Origin: an uncultured Prochlorococcus sp. | GTDB taxonomy: Bacteria; Cyanobacteriota; Cyanobacteriia; PCC-6307; Cyanobiaceae | Length of the DNA stretch: 64,000 bases | Direction: 5' to 3' | NCBI GenBank assembly: GCA_902521995.1 | Contig: CABYTO010000003.1 | Location: forward strand, 44,475 to 108,474 | Shown: piece after piece, positions 26,317 through 36,416 of the stretch | Position numbering within the stretch: position 1 is the first letter of the stretch | Layout of the letters: the number at the start of each line of letters is the position of its first letter | Position numbers and translations under genes: made by a program | Notes under the pieces: generated by a model | The model's input: the letters and a program-made list of their open reading frames with translations, nothing else | Told to the model about the DNA's origin: nothing | The model's database searches: none

Positions 26317-27738
26317 ATGCTTTCGTCACAAATCAAATCAAATCAAATCGTTTTTGGTAATTGCAATAAAGATTTATTAGAAGAAATCATTTTCTACGGT
26401 ATTGGACTTGGTGCTGATTTTGTAGAAATATTTATAGAGAATACTGACAACTCAAGCGTGTTAGCAGAAGAGGATTTTATTACAAGTGTAAGTCCATCAT
26501 TTGGAAGGGGTGCTGGCATTAGAATCTTCAAGGGAAAAAAGGATGGATTTGTAAGTACAAATGATTTAACAAAGCATGGCTTAATGAGATCGATATCTCA
26601 GGCTATTGAGATGTTAGACATAACAGACAACAAAAGAGAAGTATTTAACGGTTTAAATAAACATAGGGACTATAGTTTATCCAAAAAAAAATGGATTAAT
26701 GAAGTACCATCAATTCATGAGATAAGTGAAAAACTACTAGTCAGCACAAAGTCTTTAAAAAAAAATAATAAAATAATAACTAGAAAAGGAAGTTACTCAA
26801 GAAATCTTCAAGAAATAATTATAGCCTCCAGTGACGGAACCTATGTCTCAGATATTAGATTGCATCAAACAGTTGGTCTCAACGTAATTGCAAGTGATGC
26901 CCAATATAGATCTAGTGGAAGTAGAAGATTTGGATCGTCAGGAATGCCTAATGAATTCAGAATATGGGATCACGAAAAAGCAGCTAATGATGTGTTTGAA
27001 AGTTCAATGAACATGTTGTATGCAGATTATGTTGATGCAGGACAAATGCCTGTTGTATTAGCTAATAAATTTGGTGGCGTTATATTCCATGAAGCCTGTG
27101 GACATTTACTTGAAACTACTCAAATAGAAAGAGGAACAACACCATTTGAGAATAAATTGAATGAAAAAATTGCACATGAATCTGTAACAGCAATAGATGA
27201 AGGAATATCAGAAGGATCCTTCGGTTCATTATCAGTAGATGATGAAGGTATGGAACCCGAAAAATCAATTCTTATAAAAGATGGAATTTTAAAAAAATTC
27301 ATATCCGACAGAGCAGGTGAATTAAGAACTGGTCATAAAAGAACAGGAAGTGGAAGAAGACAAAATTATTCTTTTGCTGCTGCTTCAAGAATGAGAAATA
27401 CTTATATAGCTAAAGGTGAGCACTCGAAAGAGGATTTAATCAATAGTATTAGTGAAGGTCTTTACTGCAAATCAATGGGTGGTGGCAGTGTAGGTGCTAC
27501 AGGACAATTTAATTTCGCGGTAGAAGAAGGATATCTTATTAAAAATGGAAAATTAACCAGTCCAGTAAAGGGAGCAACATTGATCGGTGAGGCTAAAGAA
27601 GTTATGCCAAAAATATCAATGTGCGGAAATGATCTCGAATTGGCTCCTGGATTCTGTGGATCCATTAGTGGAAGTGTCAACGTAACTGTTGGCCAACCTC
27701 ATATTAAGGTTGATTCAATCACTGTTGGTGGAAGATAG
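26317..27738 (+). CDS. tldD: metalloprotease TldD
   Basis: FHEACGHLLE (HExxxH) and a Gly-rich C-terminus, GGSVGATGQFNF. Confidence 0.9.
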   Translation: MLSSQIKSNQIVFGNCNKDLLEEIIFYGIGLGADFVEIFIENTDNSSVLAEEDFITSVSPSFGRGAGIRIFKGKKDGFVSTNDLTKHGLMRSISQAIEMLDITDNKREVFNGLNKHRDYSLSKKKWINEVPSIHEISEKLLVSTKSLKKNNKIITRKGSYSRNLQEIIIASSDGTYVSDIRLHQTVGLNVIASDAQYRSSGSRRFGSSGMPNEFRIWDHEKAANDVFESSMNMLYADYVDAGQMPVVLANKFGGVIFHEACGHLLETTQIERGTTPFENKLNEKIAHESVTAIDEGISEGSFGSLSVDDEGMEPEKSILIKDGILKKFISDRAGELRTGHKRTGSGRRQNYSFAAASRMRNTYIAKGEHSKEDLINSISEGLYCKSMGGGSVGATGQFNFAVEEGYLIKNGKLTSPVKGATLIGEAKEVMPKISMCGNDLELAPGFCGSISGSVNVTVGQPHIKVDSITVGGR

Positions 27739-27741
27739 GAT

Positions 27742-29094
27742 ATGAATTCAAGAGAAATCACAACTCAAATCTCCAAAACTGCAGATTTTCTAAATCTTAA
27801 AAAATGGGATTATGGAGCAAGCTTTTCTAATGATTATTCTGTGCAAGTAGATAAAGGAGAGGCTAAACAACTTAAGGCATCACAAAAGCAAATTTTAACT
27901 ATAAGAGTTTGGAATCAATCTAATCTAGTTGGTATTACTACAACAAGTGATATTAGTGAATCTGGTATTAAAAAGGCTCTTAAGCAAGCAAATATAGCTT
28001 CTGATTTCGGCAATAAGAATGAATCTACAGAATTTTCACCACTAGCGAAGGAACCTATTAAAGCTAGGGAAGTTAAAAAAAGAAATCCTGTTGGAATAAA
28101 AAAATTACTTACACTTTTAAGAGAAGCGGAAGTGAAACTAATAGAAAGTCATGAATCAATAAAATCTGTTCCATATAATGGTTTATCTGAGAGTTTCTTT
28201 GAGAGAGTTTATGCAAATAGTGAGGGTGCCTTTCGAAGTTATTCCAAGAGTCAAGCAGCACTATATTTATATGCTAGAGCAGAAGAGAAAAATAAGAAGC
28301 CTCGTAGTTCAGGTTCCGTAAAAATTGGATATGGAGCTGACGATATAGATATAGAGTCGTGTATTAAAGAGGCTTCAAATAAAACAATTTCTCATTTAAA
28401 TTATTCATCAATTAAAACTGATAAATATTTAATATGTTTTTCCCCTGAGTCTTTTTTAACTATCATTAATGCCTTTAGCTCAATGTTTAATGCTAGAAGC
28501 ATCATTGATGGAGTGAGCTTATCTAATAAAAATTCAATCGGAGAGAAACTATCTACAGAAGCACTTAATATTTATGATGATGGCCTTCACGAAAAGAATA
28601 TTTCTTCAACACCATTTGATGGAGAGGGAACCCCAACCAAAAGACTATGTCTAATTAACAGAGGGAGAATTGAAAATTTTATACATTCTGAATCAACTGC
28701 AAGAATATTTAAAACAACTCCCACTGGCCACGCTGGACTAGGATCAAAAGTCTCAGTATCTCCTGATTGGATCGTAGTTGAAAAATCAGAAGAAAACTTT
28801 GATCTAAAAACATCAATAGATCACTCTACTTATGAGGGAGAATTTGTTTATATAGAAGAGTTAAATGCAATCCATGCAGGTGTCAGAGCAAGTCAAGGTT
28901 CATTTTCTCTTCCATTTGATGGATGGCTCTACAAAAACGGTAAAAAGATCTCAATAGAATCTGCCACCGTAGCCGGGGATATCAAATATCTTTTGAAAAA
29001 TATAGTGAACATTGAATCAAGCCAGGAGGTAACAACAAATGGAATTTCTCCACATATATGGGTAGATGAATTATCAATAACTGGTGACGCGTGA
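27742..29094 (+). CDS. pmbA: TldD partner protein PmbA/TldE
   Basis: TldD/PmbA-family paralogue without HExxxH. It lies 3 nt downstream of tldD. Confidence 0.85.
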   Translation: MNSREITTQISKTADFLNLKKWDYGASFSNDYSVQVDKGEAKQLKASQKQILTIRVWNQSNLVGITTTSDISESGIKKALKQANIASDFGNKNESTEFSPLAKEPIKAREVKKRNPVGIKKLLTLLREAEVKLIESHESIKSVPYNGLSESFFERVYANSEGAFRSYSKSQAALYLYARAEEKNKKPRSSGSVKIGYGADDIDIESCIKEASNKTISHLNYSSIKTDKYLICFSPESFLTIINAFSSMFNARSIIDGVSLSNKNSIGEKLSTEALNIYDDGLHEKNISSTPFDGEGTPTKRLCLINRGRIENFIHSESTARIFKTTPTGHAGLGSKVSVSPDWIVVEKSEENFDLKTSIDHSTYEGEFVYIEELNAIHAGVRASQGSFSLPFDGWLYKNGKKISIESATVAGDIKYLLKNIVNIESSQEVTTNGISPHIWVDELSITGDA

Positions 29095-30077
29095 GAATTA
29101 TATTCTGGGGAACACCTGAATATTCAATTCCTAGTCTTGATATTTTTATAAAATCTAAGCACGAGGTAATTGCAGTAGTTAGCCAACCGGATAAGAAGAG
29201 ATCTAGGGGAAATAAATTAATAGCCTCACCTGTAAAAAGCATTGCTGAGAAAGAATCTATAAAAATTTATACTCCAGAAAAAATCAGAGGCAATATAAAT
29301 TTTTTAAATGAACTTAAATCACTTTCTTGTGATTTATTTATTGTTATAGCTTACGGGAAAATTTTACCTAAAGAGATATTGGAAATCCCAAAATTTGGTT
29401 GTTGGAACGCACATGCTTCATTACTTCCAAGATGGCGTGGTGCCGCCCCAATTCAATGGTCCCTAATAAAAGGCGATGAATTTACCGGTGTAGGAATTAT
29501 GAAAATGAATGAGGGACTAGATACTGGCGACATATTGTTGGAAGAAAAAATTAAAATCAATAATAACGATAATTTAAATACACTATCGGAAAAACTTAGT
29601 TTTTTATCGGCAAAATTATTTTTAAATGCCATATCTTTAATCGAAGAAAGTATTAATAAAAATATTAATCCTCAATTAACAAAACAAAATACCCTTGGAA
29701 GAGAAATTACATACGCAAGAATGATTGAAAAATCAGACTTTAAAGTTGATTGGGGTAATGAGCCAATTAAAATTTCTCAAAAAATAAAAGCATTATACCC
29801 ACGAGCAAATACAACATTTAAAGGTAAGAATCTTAAAATACTTAAAATCAAAGTTTTGACTAGTGATGTAATTAAAAATGGAAAATACCTTTTCATGAAC
29901 AATTATTCAAGACCAGGTATTATTCTTGCTGTAATAGAAAATGAAGGAATTATAATTTCCACTAATACTGATCCGATTATTTTATTAGAAGCAAAACTTG
30001 AAGGCAAAAACATTTCTAACAAAAAGCAATTGATTCAACAGTTAAAGCCATCAGTAGGTGAATATCTCTCAGATTAA
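29091..30077 (+). CDS. fmt: methionyl-tRNA formyltransferase
   Basis: NAHASLLPRWRGAAPIQWS catalytic motif. GTG start overlapping the pmbA stop. Confidence 0.9.
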   Translation: MRIIFWGTPEYSIPSLDIFIKSKHEVIAVVSQPDKKRSRGNKLIASPVKSIAEKESIKIYTPEKIRGNINFLNELKSLSCDLFIVIAYGKILPKEILEIPKFGCWNAHASLLPRWRGAAPIQWSLIKGDEFTGVGIMKMNEGLDTGDILLEEKIKINNNDNLNTLSEKLSFLSAKLFLNAISLIEESINKNINPQLTKQNTLGREITYARMIEKSDFKVDWGNEPIKISQKIKALYPRANTTFKGKNLKILKIKVLTSDVIKNGKYLFMNNYSRPGIILAVIENEGIIISTNTDPIILLEAKLEGKNISNKKQLIQQLKPSVGEYLSD

Positions 30078-30784
30078 GTTTTAGATTCTTTTTTAGAGAA
30101 TCCCCAAATGAAAGCAAAAATAATCAAAAAATAAAAATAATAGTCTGGAAGAATAGATTCTTCAATTAACGTGTTTAGTAAAAGTTTAATCCCAACTATT
30201 AAAATTGCTACGTAACCGGCTGTTTCTAATCTAGAAAATATATCTAGAAGTTTTAGAAAAATTCCCGATGTAAATCTTAAAGCTAATACTCCAATAACTG
30301 CTCCAAATATAATTAATATGTATTGATCACTTATAGCTACTGCAGTAGTAATACTGTCTATGGAAAAAGCAAAATCAGTAATTGAAAGAAGCGCTACAAC
30401 CCTTAAAAACCTAAAATTATTTTTATTATCTGTCCCATTTTCAGCGTTTTCTATATCTGAATTTAAAAAAACATTAGAGATGAATAAATAAATTAAATAA
30501 AAACCAGCAAAAACTCTAATTAGAATATACTTTAGAAAAACATTAGATAATATGATTAGAATAATTCTAAATAATAAAGATATTGTTATGCCAATATTTA
30601 AGGCTCTTGACCTTAATTCTGAACTATCTAGGGATTTAGTAAGAGAAGCTAGTGCTACAGCATTATCTGCTGATAATAATAATTCTAGAGCAATTAATAT
30701 TGGTAAAAGTGTAAAAATTTCGTACCAACTGTCTACCTGATCTAGAGTGGGTATAAAAGAATTTATTGCGGCTGAATCCATCAA
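30074..30784 (-). CDS. TerC-family integral membrane protein
   Basis: LELLLSADNAVALA and FSIDSITTAVA repeats typical of TerC/Alx. Confidence 0.8.
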   Translation of the reverse strand: MMDSAAINSFIPTLDQVDSWYEIFTLLPILIALELLLSADNAVALASLTKSLDSSELRSRALNIGITISLLFRIILIILSNVFLKYILIRVFAGFYLIYLFISNVFLNSDIENAENGTDNKNNFRFLRVVALLSITDFAFSIDSITTAVAISDQYILIIFGAVIGVLALRFTSGIFLKLLDIFSRLETAGYVAILIVGIKLLLNTLIEESILPDYYFYFLIIFAFIWGFSKKESKT

Positions 30785-30854
30785 ATATTATTCACAATCA
30801 GTATAAAATCTAATATAATATATCGGATATTTGTAATCAAGATTGATAATATAA

Positions 30855-33800
30855 ATGAGTTTAAATACTTTAGTTGATTATATTTCGAACTCACAAATTA
30901 CTTCTGAATTAATAAAAAGAATTTCAAAAAATAATGAATTAAATATTGTTGGTTCAAGTAGATATGCAAAATCAATAATAATAGATAGCATCGCAAAAAA
31001 AGAGGAAAAAAATATATTATTAATTTGTCCTAATGTAGAAATTGCCTACAAATGGATTGGTTATTTTGAAAGTATAAATGGTAGAGCAGTTTTATATTAT
31101 CCTCCAACAGAACATCTACCATACTCATCAATTAATAAATCCAAAGAGATTGAATTTAGTCAGCTTACTGTTTTATCCAAATTAATAAAAAAAGACAAAA
31201 AAGAACTTAATATTGTTATATCAACTGAGAGATCACTACAACCTCATCTAATAAATAAAAACCTATTAATTGAAAACAAGTTAGATTTGCAAAAAAGGGT
31301 TCAAATCGAGATTCAAGAATTAGCAAATAAACTTACTTTGCTCGGCTATACGAAGGATGATGTAACTTCAACTGAAGGATTCTGGAGTAGGAGAGGGGAA
31401 ATAATAGATATTTATCCTGTCAATAATGAGTTTCCTATAAGATTAGAATTTTTTGATAATGTAATTGAGAAAATAAGAGAATATGATCCCCATACACAGA
31501 AAACATTAGAAAGTATAAATAATATTGAAATAATACAGGCTGGATTTGATTTACTGATAAAAGATAAGTTAAATAATTTATCTAAGAACAATCTTTTTAA
31601 TTCAGAAGATATAAATAAAAATAATCTTGATCGTTATTTAGGAATAATTGAAGAAGAACCATCAAACATAATAGATTTTATAAATAGGGAAACAATTCTT
31701 GTAATTGATGAATTAGAAGATTGTAAAAAGTTTGCAAATAATTGGTATCTAGATTCAGAAAGTAATTTTGATAATTGTACACATGAATTAAATGAGAACC
31801 TTAAAAATAATGACATTAATTTAGAGGCCAAACCTAATTTGCATTTAAAATTTGACGAAATATTAAATTCACTAGGAAATTTTAATTTAATAAAATTCTA
31901 TGAATTTGAATCTAAAATCAATATTGATAATAGATTTTTGTTAAACGATAAAAGATTAAATTCATACTCCAAAAATGTAGGGAAATTATCAAATGATATA
32001 AATAAAAATATAAAAAATAATGAAAAAGTATGGATATTATCAGCACAACCATTGAGAACAAGGACTTTACTTTTTGAGCACGAATGTAATGGAAACTTCT
32101 TAAACAATCCTAATGATATTGATGAAGCATATAAGTCAATTAATAATTCAACTCCTCTAATTTTAAAAAATAAGAACAATTACGAAATCGAGGGGTTTTA
32201 TCTTCCGATATGGAAAGTTGTCCTGATAACAGATAAAGAATTATTTTCACAACAATCTCTTTTTAATAATGTATTCATAAGAAGAAAAAAAAGAAGTGTC
32301 AATTCAAATATTAATGTAAATAAGATTAGTCCCGGTGATTTTATAGTTCATAAAAATCATGGAATAGGAAAATTTTTAAAAATAGAAAAAATTAATATAA
32401 CTGGAGATTCAAGAGATTATTTAGTCATTCAGTATCAAGATGGAAAGATAAGTGTTGCCGCTGATCAACTTGGTAGTGTTAACAGATATAGATCAAGCGG
32501 AAAAATAAAGCCTAAAATAAATAAATTAGGAGGGACAGAATGGGAAAAAATAAAAGAAAAAAATAAGAAACAAATCAAAAAAGTTGCTGTCGATATTTTA
32601 AAACTTTATGCAAAGAGAGAAAAATTAAAGGGTTACATTTACCCAGAAGATGGTCCTTGGCAAGATGAATTAGAGGAATCATTCCCTTATCAACCAACAC
32701 CTGACCAAATAACTGCTGTAGAAGAAATAAAATCTGATATGGAAAGCGATAAGCCAATGGACAGGCTAGTTTGTGGAGATGTAGGATTTGGCAAAACAGA
32801 AATAGCTGTTCGGGCTATTTTTAAAGCTATTACATCAGGCAAACAGGTAATATTACTAGCACCAACAACAATCCTAGCTCAGCAACATTGGAGAACAATA
32901 AGTAATAGATTTTCACCATACCCAATAAAAGTATCATTACTCAATAGATTCAAAACCGTTAATGAAAGAAAGGAAATCTATGAAGGTTTGAAAAATAACA
33001 AAATTGATTTAGTTGTAGCAACGCACCAAATTTTAGGAAAAGAAATAGAAATTAAAAACTTAGGACTACTAGTTATTGACGAAGAACAAAGATTTGGAGT
33101 AAGGCAAAAGGAAAAAATAAAAAAAATCAAAACCAACATAGACGTTTTAACTCTCTCGGCAACTCCAATTCCAAGAACTCTTTATATGAGCTTATCTGGA
33201 CTAAGACAAATGAGCTTACTAAACACTCCTCCACCATCAAGAAGATCAATAAAAACATATATATCTGAAATAGATATGGATGTTATAAGAACTGCAATTA
33301 ATCAAGAACTTGATAGGGGAGGTCAAATTTTTTATGTTCTTCCAAGAATTTCTGATATAGATCAAGCTGTAAACAAATTAAAAAATATGTTTCCCAGCTT
33401 AAAATTTATTGTTGCTCATGGGCAAATGAACGAAACACAGCTTGAAAATGCAATGATTGCTTTTAATAATGGAGAAGTAGATCTAATGATATGTACAACG
33501 ATAATTGAAAGTGGATTAGACATCCCTAAAGTAAATACAATCATTATTGAAGATTCTCACAAATTTGGACTTTCACAACTTTATCAACTTAGAGGAAGAG
33601 TTGGCAGAAGCGGTGTACAAGCACATGCTTGGTTATTTTATCCAAATATAAATAAAATTAATGACGCTGCAAAACAAAGATTGAAAGCGATAAAAGACTT
33701 TTCAGAACTAGGTAGTGGATACCAACTTGCAATGAAAGATATGGAAATAAGAGGTGTTGGTAGTCTACTAGGAGAAGAACAAAGTGGAAAGGTTAATGCT

Positions 33801-34364
33801 ATTGGATATGATTTATATATAGAAATGCTACATGAGGCTATTTCAGAAATCAGCGGGCAAGAAATACCTGAAGTTAACGACACTCAAATTGATCTCCCAA
33901 TAAATGCATTTATACCCGCAACATGGATATTAAACAGAGAAGAGAAGCTTGAGGCTTACAAATCTGCTACTGAATGTTCAACTAATGATGAATTAACTGA
34001 ATTAGCTACAGACTGGGTAAATAGATATGGAAACTTACCCAAACCTGTTGAATCTCTAATTATGATAATGAGACTAAAATTACTAGCTAAAAAATGTGGT
34101 TTTAATAAGATCAAGCTCAAAAAGCCAAACATCTTGATTGAAACAAAATTAAAAAATTCTACTTTTAAAATGCTTAAAAATTCTTTGGCAAGTAGTGTTC
34201 AAAATAAATTTAGTTTTAAGGAAGGCGAACAATTATCAATAATTACGATAAGGGGTTTAGGTGCAACTGAAATTCAAAATCAAATTGATCAACTCATATT
34301 GTGGTTCGGCTCTTTTGAAAGAGAAATAAAGAATTTCGATAAAGAACTTATTAAAAAAGAATAA
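30855..34364 (+). CDS. mfd: transcription-repair coupling factor
   Basis: 1169 aa. It has a CarD-like RNAP-interaction region (DFIVHKNHGIGKF), the TPDQ motif, and helicase motifs DVGFGKTE and DEEQRFGV. Confidence 0.95.
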   Translation: MSLNTLVDYISNSQITSELIKRISKNNELNIVGSSRYAKSIIIDSIAKKEEKNILLICPNVEIAYKWIGYFESINGRAVLYYPPTEHLPYSSINKSKEIEFSQLTVLSKLIKKDKKELNIVISTERSLQPHLINKNLLIENKLDLQKRVQIEIQELANKLTLLGYTKDDVTSTEGFWSRRGEIIDIYPVNNEFPIRLEFFDNVIEKIREYDPHTQKTLESINNIEIIQAGFDLLIKDKLNNLSKNNLFNSEDINKNNLDRYLGIIEEEPSNIIDFINRETILVIDELEDCKKFANNWYLDSESNFDNCTHELNENLKNNDINLEAKPNLHLKFDEILNSLGNFNLIKFYEFESKINIDNRFLLNDKRLNSYSKNVGKLSNDINKNIKNNEKVWILSAQPLRTRTLLFEHECNGNFLNNPNDIDEAYKSINNSTPLILKNKNNYEIEGFYLPIWKVVLITDKELFSQQSLFNNVFIRRKKRSVNSNINVNKISPGDFIVHKNHGIGKFLKIEKINITGDSRDYLVIQYQDGKISVAADQLGSVNRYRSSGKIKPKINKLGGTEWEKIKEKNKKQIKKVAVDILKLYAKREKLKGYIYPEDGPWQDELEESFPYQPTPDQITAVEEIKSDMESDKPMDRLVCGDVGFGKTEIAVRAIFKAITSGKQVILLAPTTILAQQHWRTISNRFSPYPIKVSLLNRFKTVNERKEIYEGLKNNKIDLVVATHQILGKEIEIKNLGLLVIDEEQRFGVRQKEKIKKIKTNIDVLTLSATPIPRTLYMSLSGLRQMSLLNTPPPSRRSIKTYISEIDMDVIRTAINQELDRGGQIFYVLPRISDIDQAVNKLKNMFPSLKFIVAHGQMNETQLENAMIAFNNGEVDLMICTTIIESGLDIPKVNTIIIEDSHKFGLSQLYQLRGRVGRSGVQAHAWLFYPNINKINDAAKQRLKAIKDFSELGSGYQLAMKDMEIRGVGSLLGEEQSGKVNAIGYDLYIEMLHEAISEISGQEIPEVNDTQIDLPINAFIPATWILNREEKLEAYKSATECSTNDELTELATDWVNRYGNLPKPVESLIMIMRLKLLAKKCGFNKIKLKKPNILIETKLKNSTFKMLKNSLASSVQNKFSFKEGEQLSIITIRGLGATEIQNQIDQLILWFGSFEREIKNFDKELIKKE

Positions 34365-34436
34365 ATTATTAAATAATTATTCAAAATCCGCGAAATTGTT
34401 TGATTTCGGTTAGGTTTATAAAAATTTATTTATTTT

Positions 34437-34598
34437 ATGGGTGAATATATAGACGTCGGAATCCAATCTTCGATTTTACCCTTATCAATTATTCTTTCAT
34501 CAATTATACTAGGAATATTTGCATTATTTGGAGAAGAAACAGAAAATGATGATGATGACTCTGATTCAGGAAGTGGCGGCCTAATGCAACCTATTTGA
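34437..34598 (+). CDS. hypothetical mini-ORF (53 aa, TM helix plus acidic tail)
   Basis: Hand-found ORF: MGEYIDVGIQSSILPLSIILSSIILGIFALFGEETENDDDDSDSGSGGLMQPI. Confidence 0.25.
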   Translation: MGEYIDVGIQSSILPLSIILSSIILGIFALFGEETENDDDDSDSGSGGLMQPI

Positions 34599-34600
34599 AA

Positions 34601-34969
34601 TTATTTATAAACAATTTGTTTTGACTTTCTCTTAGAGACTTTAAATAATCTATTAAATGAACCTACCATTAAAATAACAGCAGTAAATAAAGAAACAAAA
34701 ATAAAAATCACCAAAAATATCTCATAAAGATATGAAAAGAGTTCAATTAATAATAAAAAAGATTTATTAAATGTCGAGGGTAGATTTTGTAACAGCAAAT
34801 TTTTATTGGGAATTAAATAATTTATATAAACTAATAAAGAACTAAAAATAAACAAAAAGAAAGATTCAGTAAATAGTCTTCTTTTAGATTTTCTTCTTAA
34901 ATTTAATTTTTTTTTAAAAATATATTTATCAGTTTTAATATTCAAATTTGGTATTTTTAAATCTGTCAT
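34601..34969 (-). CDS. hypothetical membrane protein
   Basis: 122 aa, 2-3 TM helices, basic termini. Confidence 0.4.
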   Translation of the reverse strand: MTDLKIPNLNIKTDKYIFKKKLNLRRKSKRRLFTESFFLFIFSSLLVYINYLIPNKNLLLQNLPSTFNKSFLLLIELFSYLYEIFLVIFIFVSLFTAVILMVGSFNRLFKVSKRKSKQIVYK

Positions 34970-35057
34970 ACATCAAAGCTTAAAGAATAAATTTAAATTA
35001 CTCTGAATAGAAATTAACCTATAGTATCGTGTTTGTATTTAAGATGCTAATTGCTCT

Positions 35058-35648
35058 TTATTCTGGGTTTAATAGTTCTTTTTTTTCTATGTTTTCAAAA
35101 GGATTATAAAAATAAATAAAAGAAGAAGAGAATAGAATTAAAGAGCAGATTGCAATAAAAGGTGGAATAAAGAAATTAAAGAATTTAACTTTTTTATTTA
35201 ACCCAAATCTTAATTTTTTAGGAATGTTAGTAGTTATATCAGTTTTTTTAATTCTTACTTTTGGAGATTCATTTAACTGATCAAAACAATTTATGGTATC
35301 TGAAAGCAATGAATTGCCAATCTTTAAAACTAAAGGCTTTACATTTGCTTTAGAGCTCTTGAGAACAATATTATGTATATGGATATTATCGGCTTTTATA
35401 TCGATTAATTTAGACTCATATATTGGAATTTCGTTTTTGATTAAAAGATTTGAATAAATATAAAAAGCATCCATAATAGGCCCTAAATGTTCAATTTTGC
35501 CTTCAATAAGTGGTTTATCAACTATGGTTAATTTCCATTGAGAAATAATAGATATTTGATCTTTATTTTCATTATTGGAATAATCTGGCAATCCGATTAT
35601 TTCGAGACTTACTGAAGATTGATGAAATGACAATTTATTTTGCATCAT
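35058..35648 (-). CDS. conserved hypothetical protein with C-terminal TM anchor
   Basis: 196-aa track ORF. Its stop lies just before the start of the downstream gene string. Confidence 0.45.
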   Translation of the reverse strand: MMQNKLSFHQSSVSLEIIGLPDYSNNENKDQISIISQWKLTIVDKPLIEGKIEHLGPIMDAFYIYSNLLIKNEIPIYESKLIDIKADNIHIHNIVLKSSKANVKPLVLKIGNSLLSDTINCFDQLNESPKVRIKKTDITTNIPKKLRFGLNKKVKFFNFFIPPFIAICSLILFSSSFIYFYNPFENIEKKELLNPE

Positions 35649-35649
35649 A

Positions 35650-35985
35650 TTAAAAATTGTATAAAAAATTCTTCAACTTCTGACAACCCTGATTTGAAAT
35701 ACAAAAAGATAAAATAAGCAAAGATTTTATTATAATCTCACCATTTTCAGCTTGATTTAAAAGCTTTTTCACTCTCATACTATCTACATTAAATCTTTCT
35801 TTAATCAACTCAATAAATCTCTTATTAAAATCATTCCAAATAATTGAATTCTCTTTTACATCTTCTTTAGATTTCAGTATCTCTCTTATATAAGGATATA
35901 AATATTTAGACATTTCAACGGTGATTTTAATTAAGGCATCGAATTCGTTTAATTTAATATTGTTGTTAACATACGATTTTCTCAA
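35650..35985 (-). CDS. conserved hypothetical protein (DUF3038-like?), minimal extent from the first canonical start
   Basis: Track ORF starting at TTG. The same frame stays open for 75 more codons upstream (to 36210) with no ATG, GTG or TTG; see findings. Confidence 0.45.
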   Translation of the reverse strand: MRKSYVNNNIKLNEFDALIKITVEMSKYLYPYIREILKSKEDVKENSIIWNDFNKRFIELIKERFNVDSMRVKKLLNQAENGEIIIKSLLILSFCISNQGCQKLKNFLYNF

Positions 35986-36213
35986 TGGATTATTATTCCT
36001 TAATTTCCAAATAGTAATTTTATTTGGCAGAACATCATTTAAATCAAGTCTATTTGATAAAGCGTAAAGGGATTGGATACCATTTAAATCAATAGTTTCT
36101 AGGATTAATAATAATAAATCAAGCTTCTCTATAGATTGTCTTGATACCTGATTTCTCTTTGTTAAATCTGTAATTGTTCTTGAATAGGATATAAGGTAAT
36201 TATAACAGAATTA

Positions 36214-36411
36214 TTAATTCATTTTTTGAAATAAAAATGAATATAACTTATCTAGTTCTTCAATAGTTAGCATTCCATAACTCCATAATAATATTGGTAA
36301 TGGAGTGTTATTTTTTATAGATAATTTTATACCAAGTTCAATAGTAGATTCATCTAAACCTAATACATTTAATAAATAAATTATCATTTCTCTAGATAAA
36401 TAATTATTCAT
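36214..36411 (-). CDS. small conserved cyanobacterial protein (DUF2949-like?)
   Basis: 65 aa. PLPILLWSYGMLTIEELDKLYSFL resembles the family recalled as DUF2949. It ends in a TAA TAA double stop. Confidence 0.45.
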   Translation of the reverse strand: MNNYLSREMIIYLLNVLGLDESTIELGIKLSIKNNTPLPILLWSYGMLTIEELDKLYSFLFQKMN

Positions 36412-36416
36412 GAATT

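Noticed and set aside
31634-33883. Minus-strand ORFs 31634..31831, 31898..32179, 32575..32757 and 33638..33883.
   Set aside because: All are nested antisense inside mfd. The same reasoning applies to the small antisense ORFs inside metG, cobU, tldD, pmbA/fmt, TerC, ubiH, dapB, chlH, the ABC genes, carB (47590..47883), TauE and 60414..60617.
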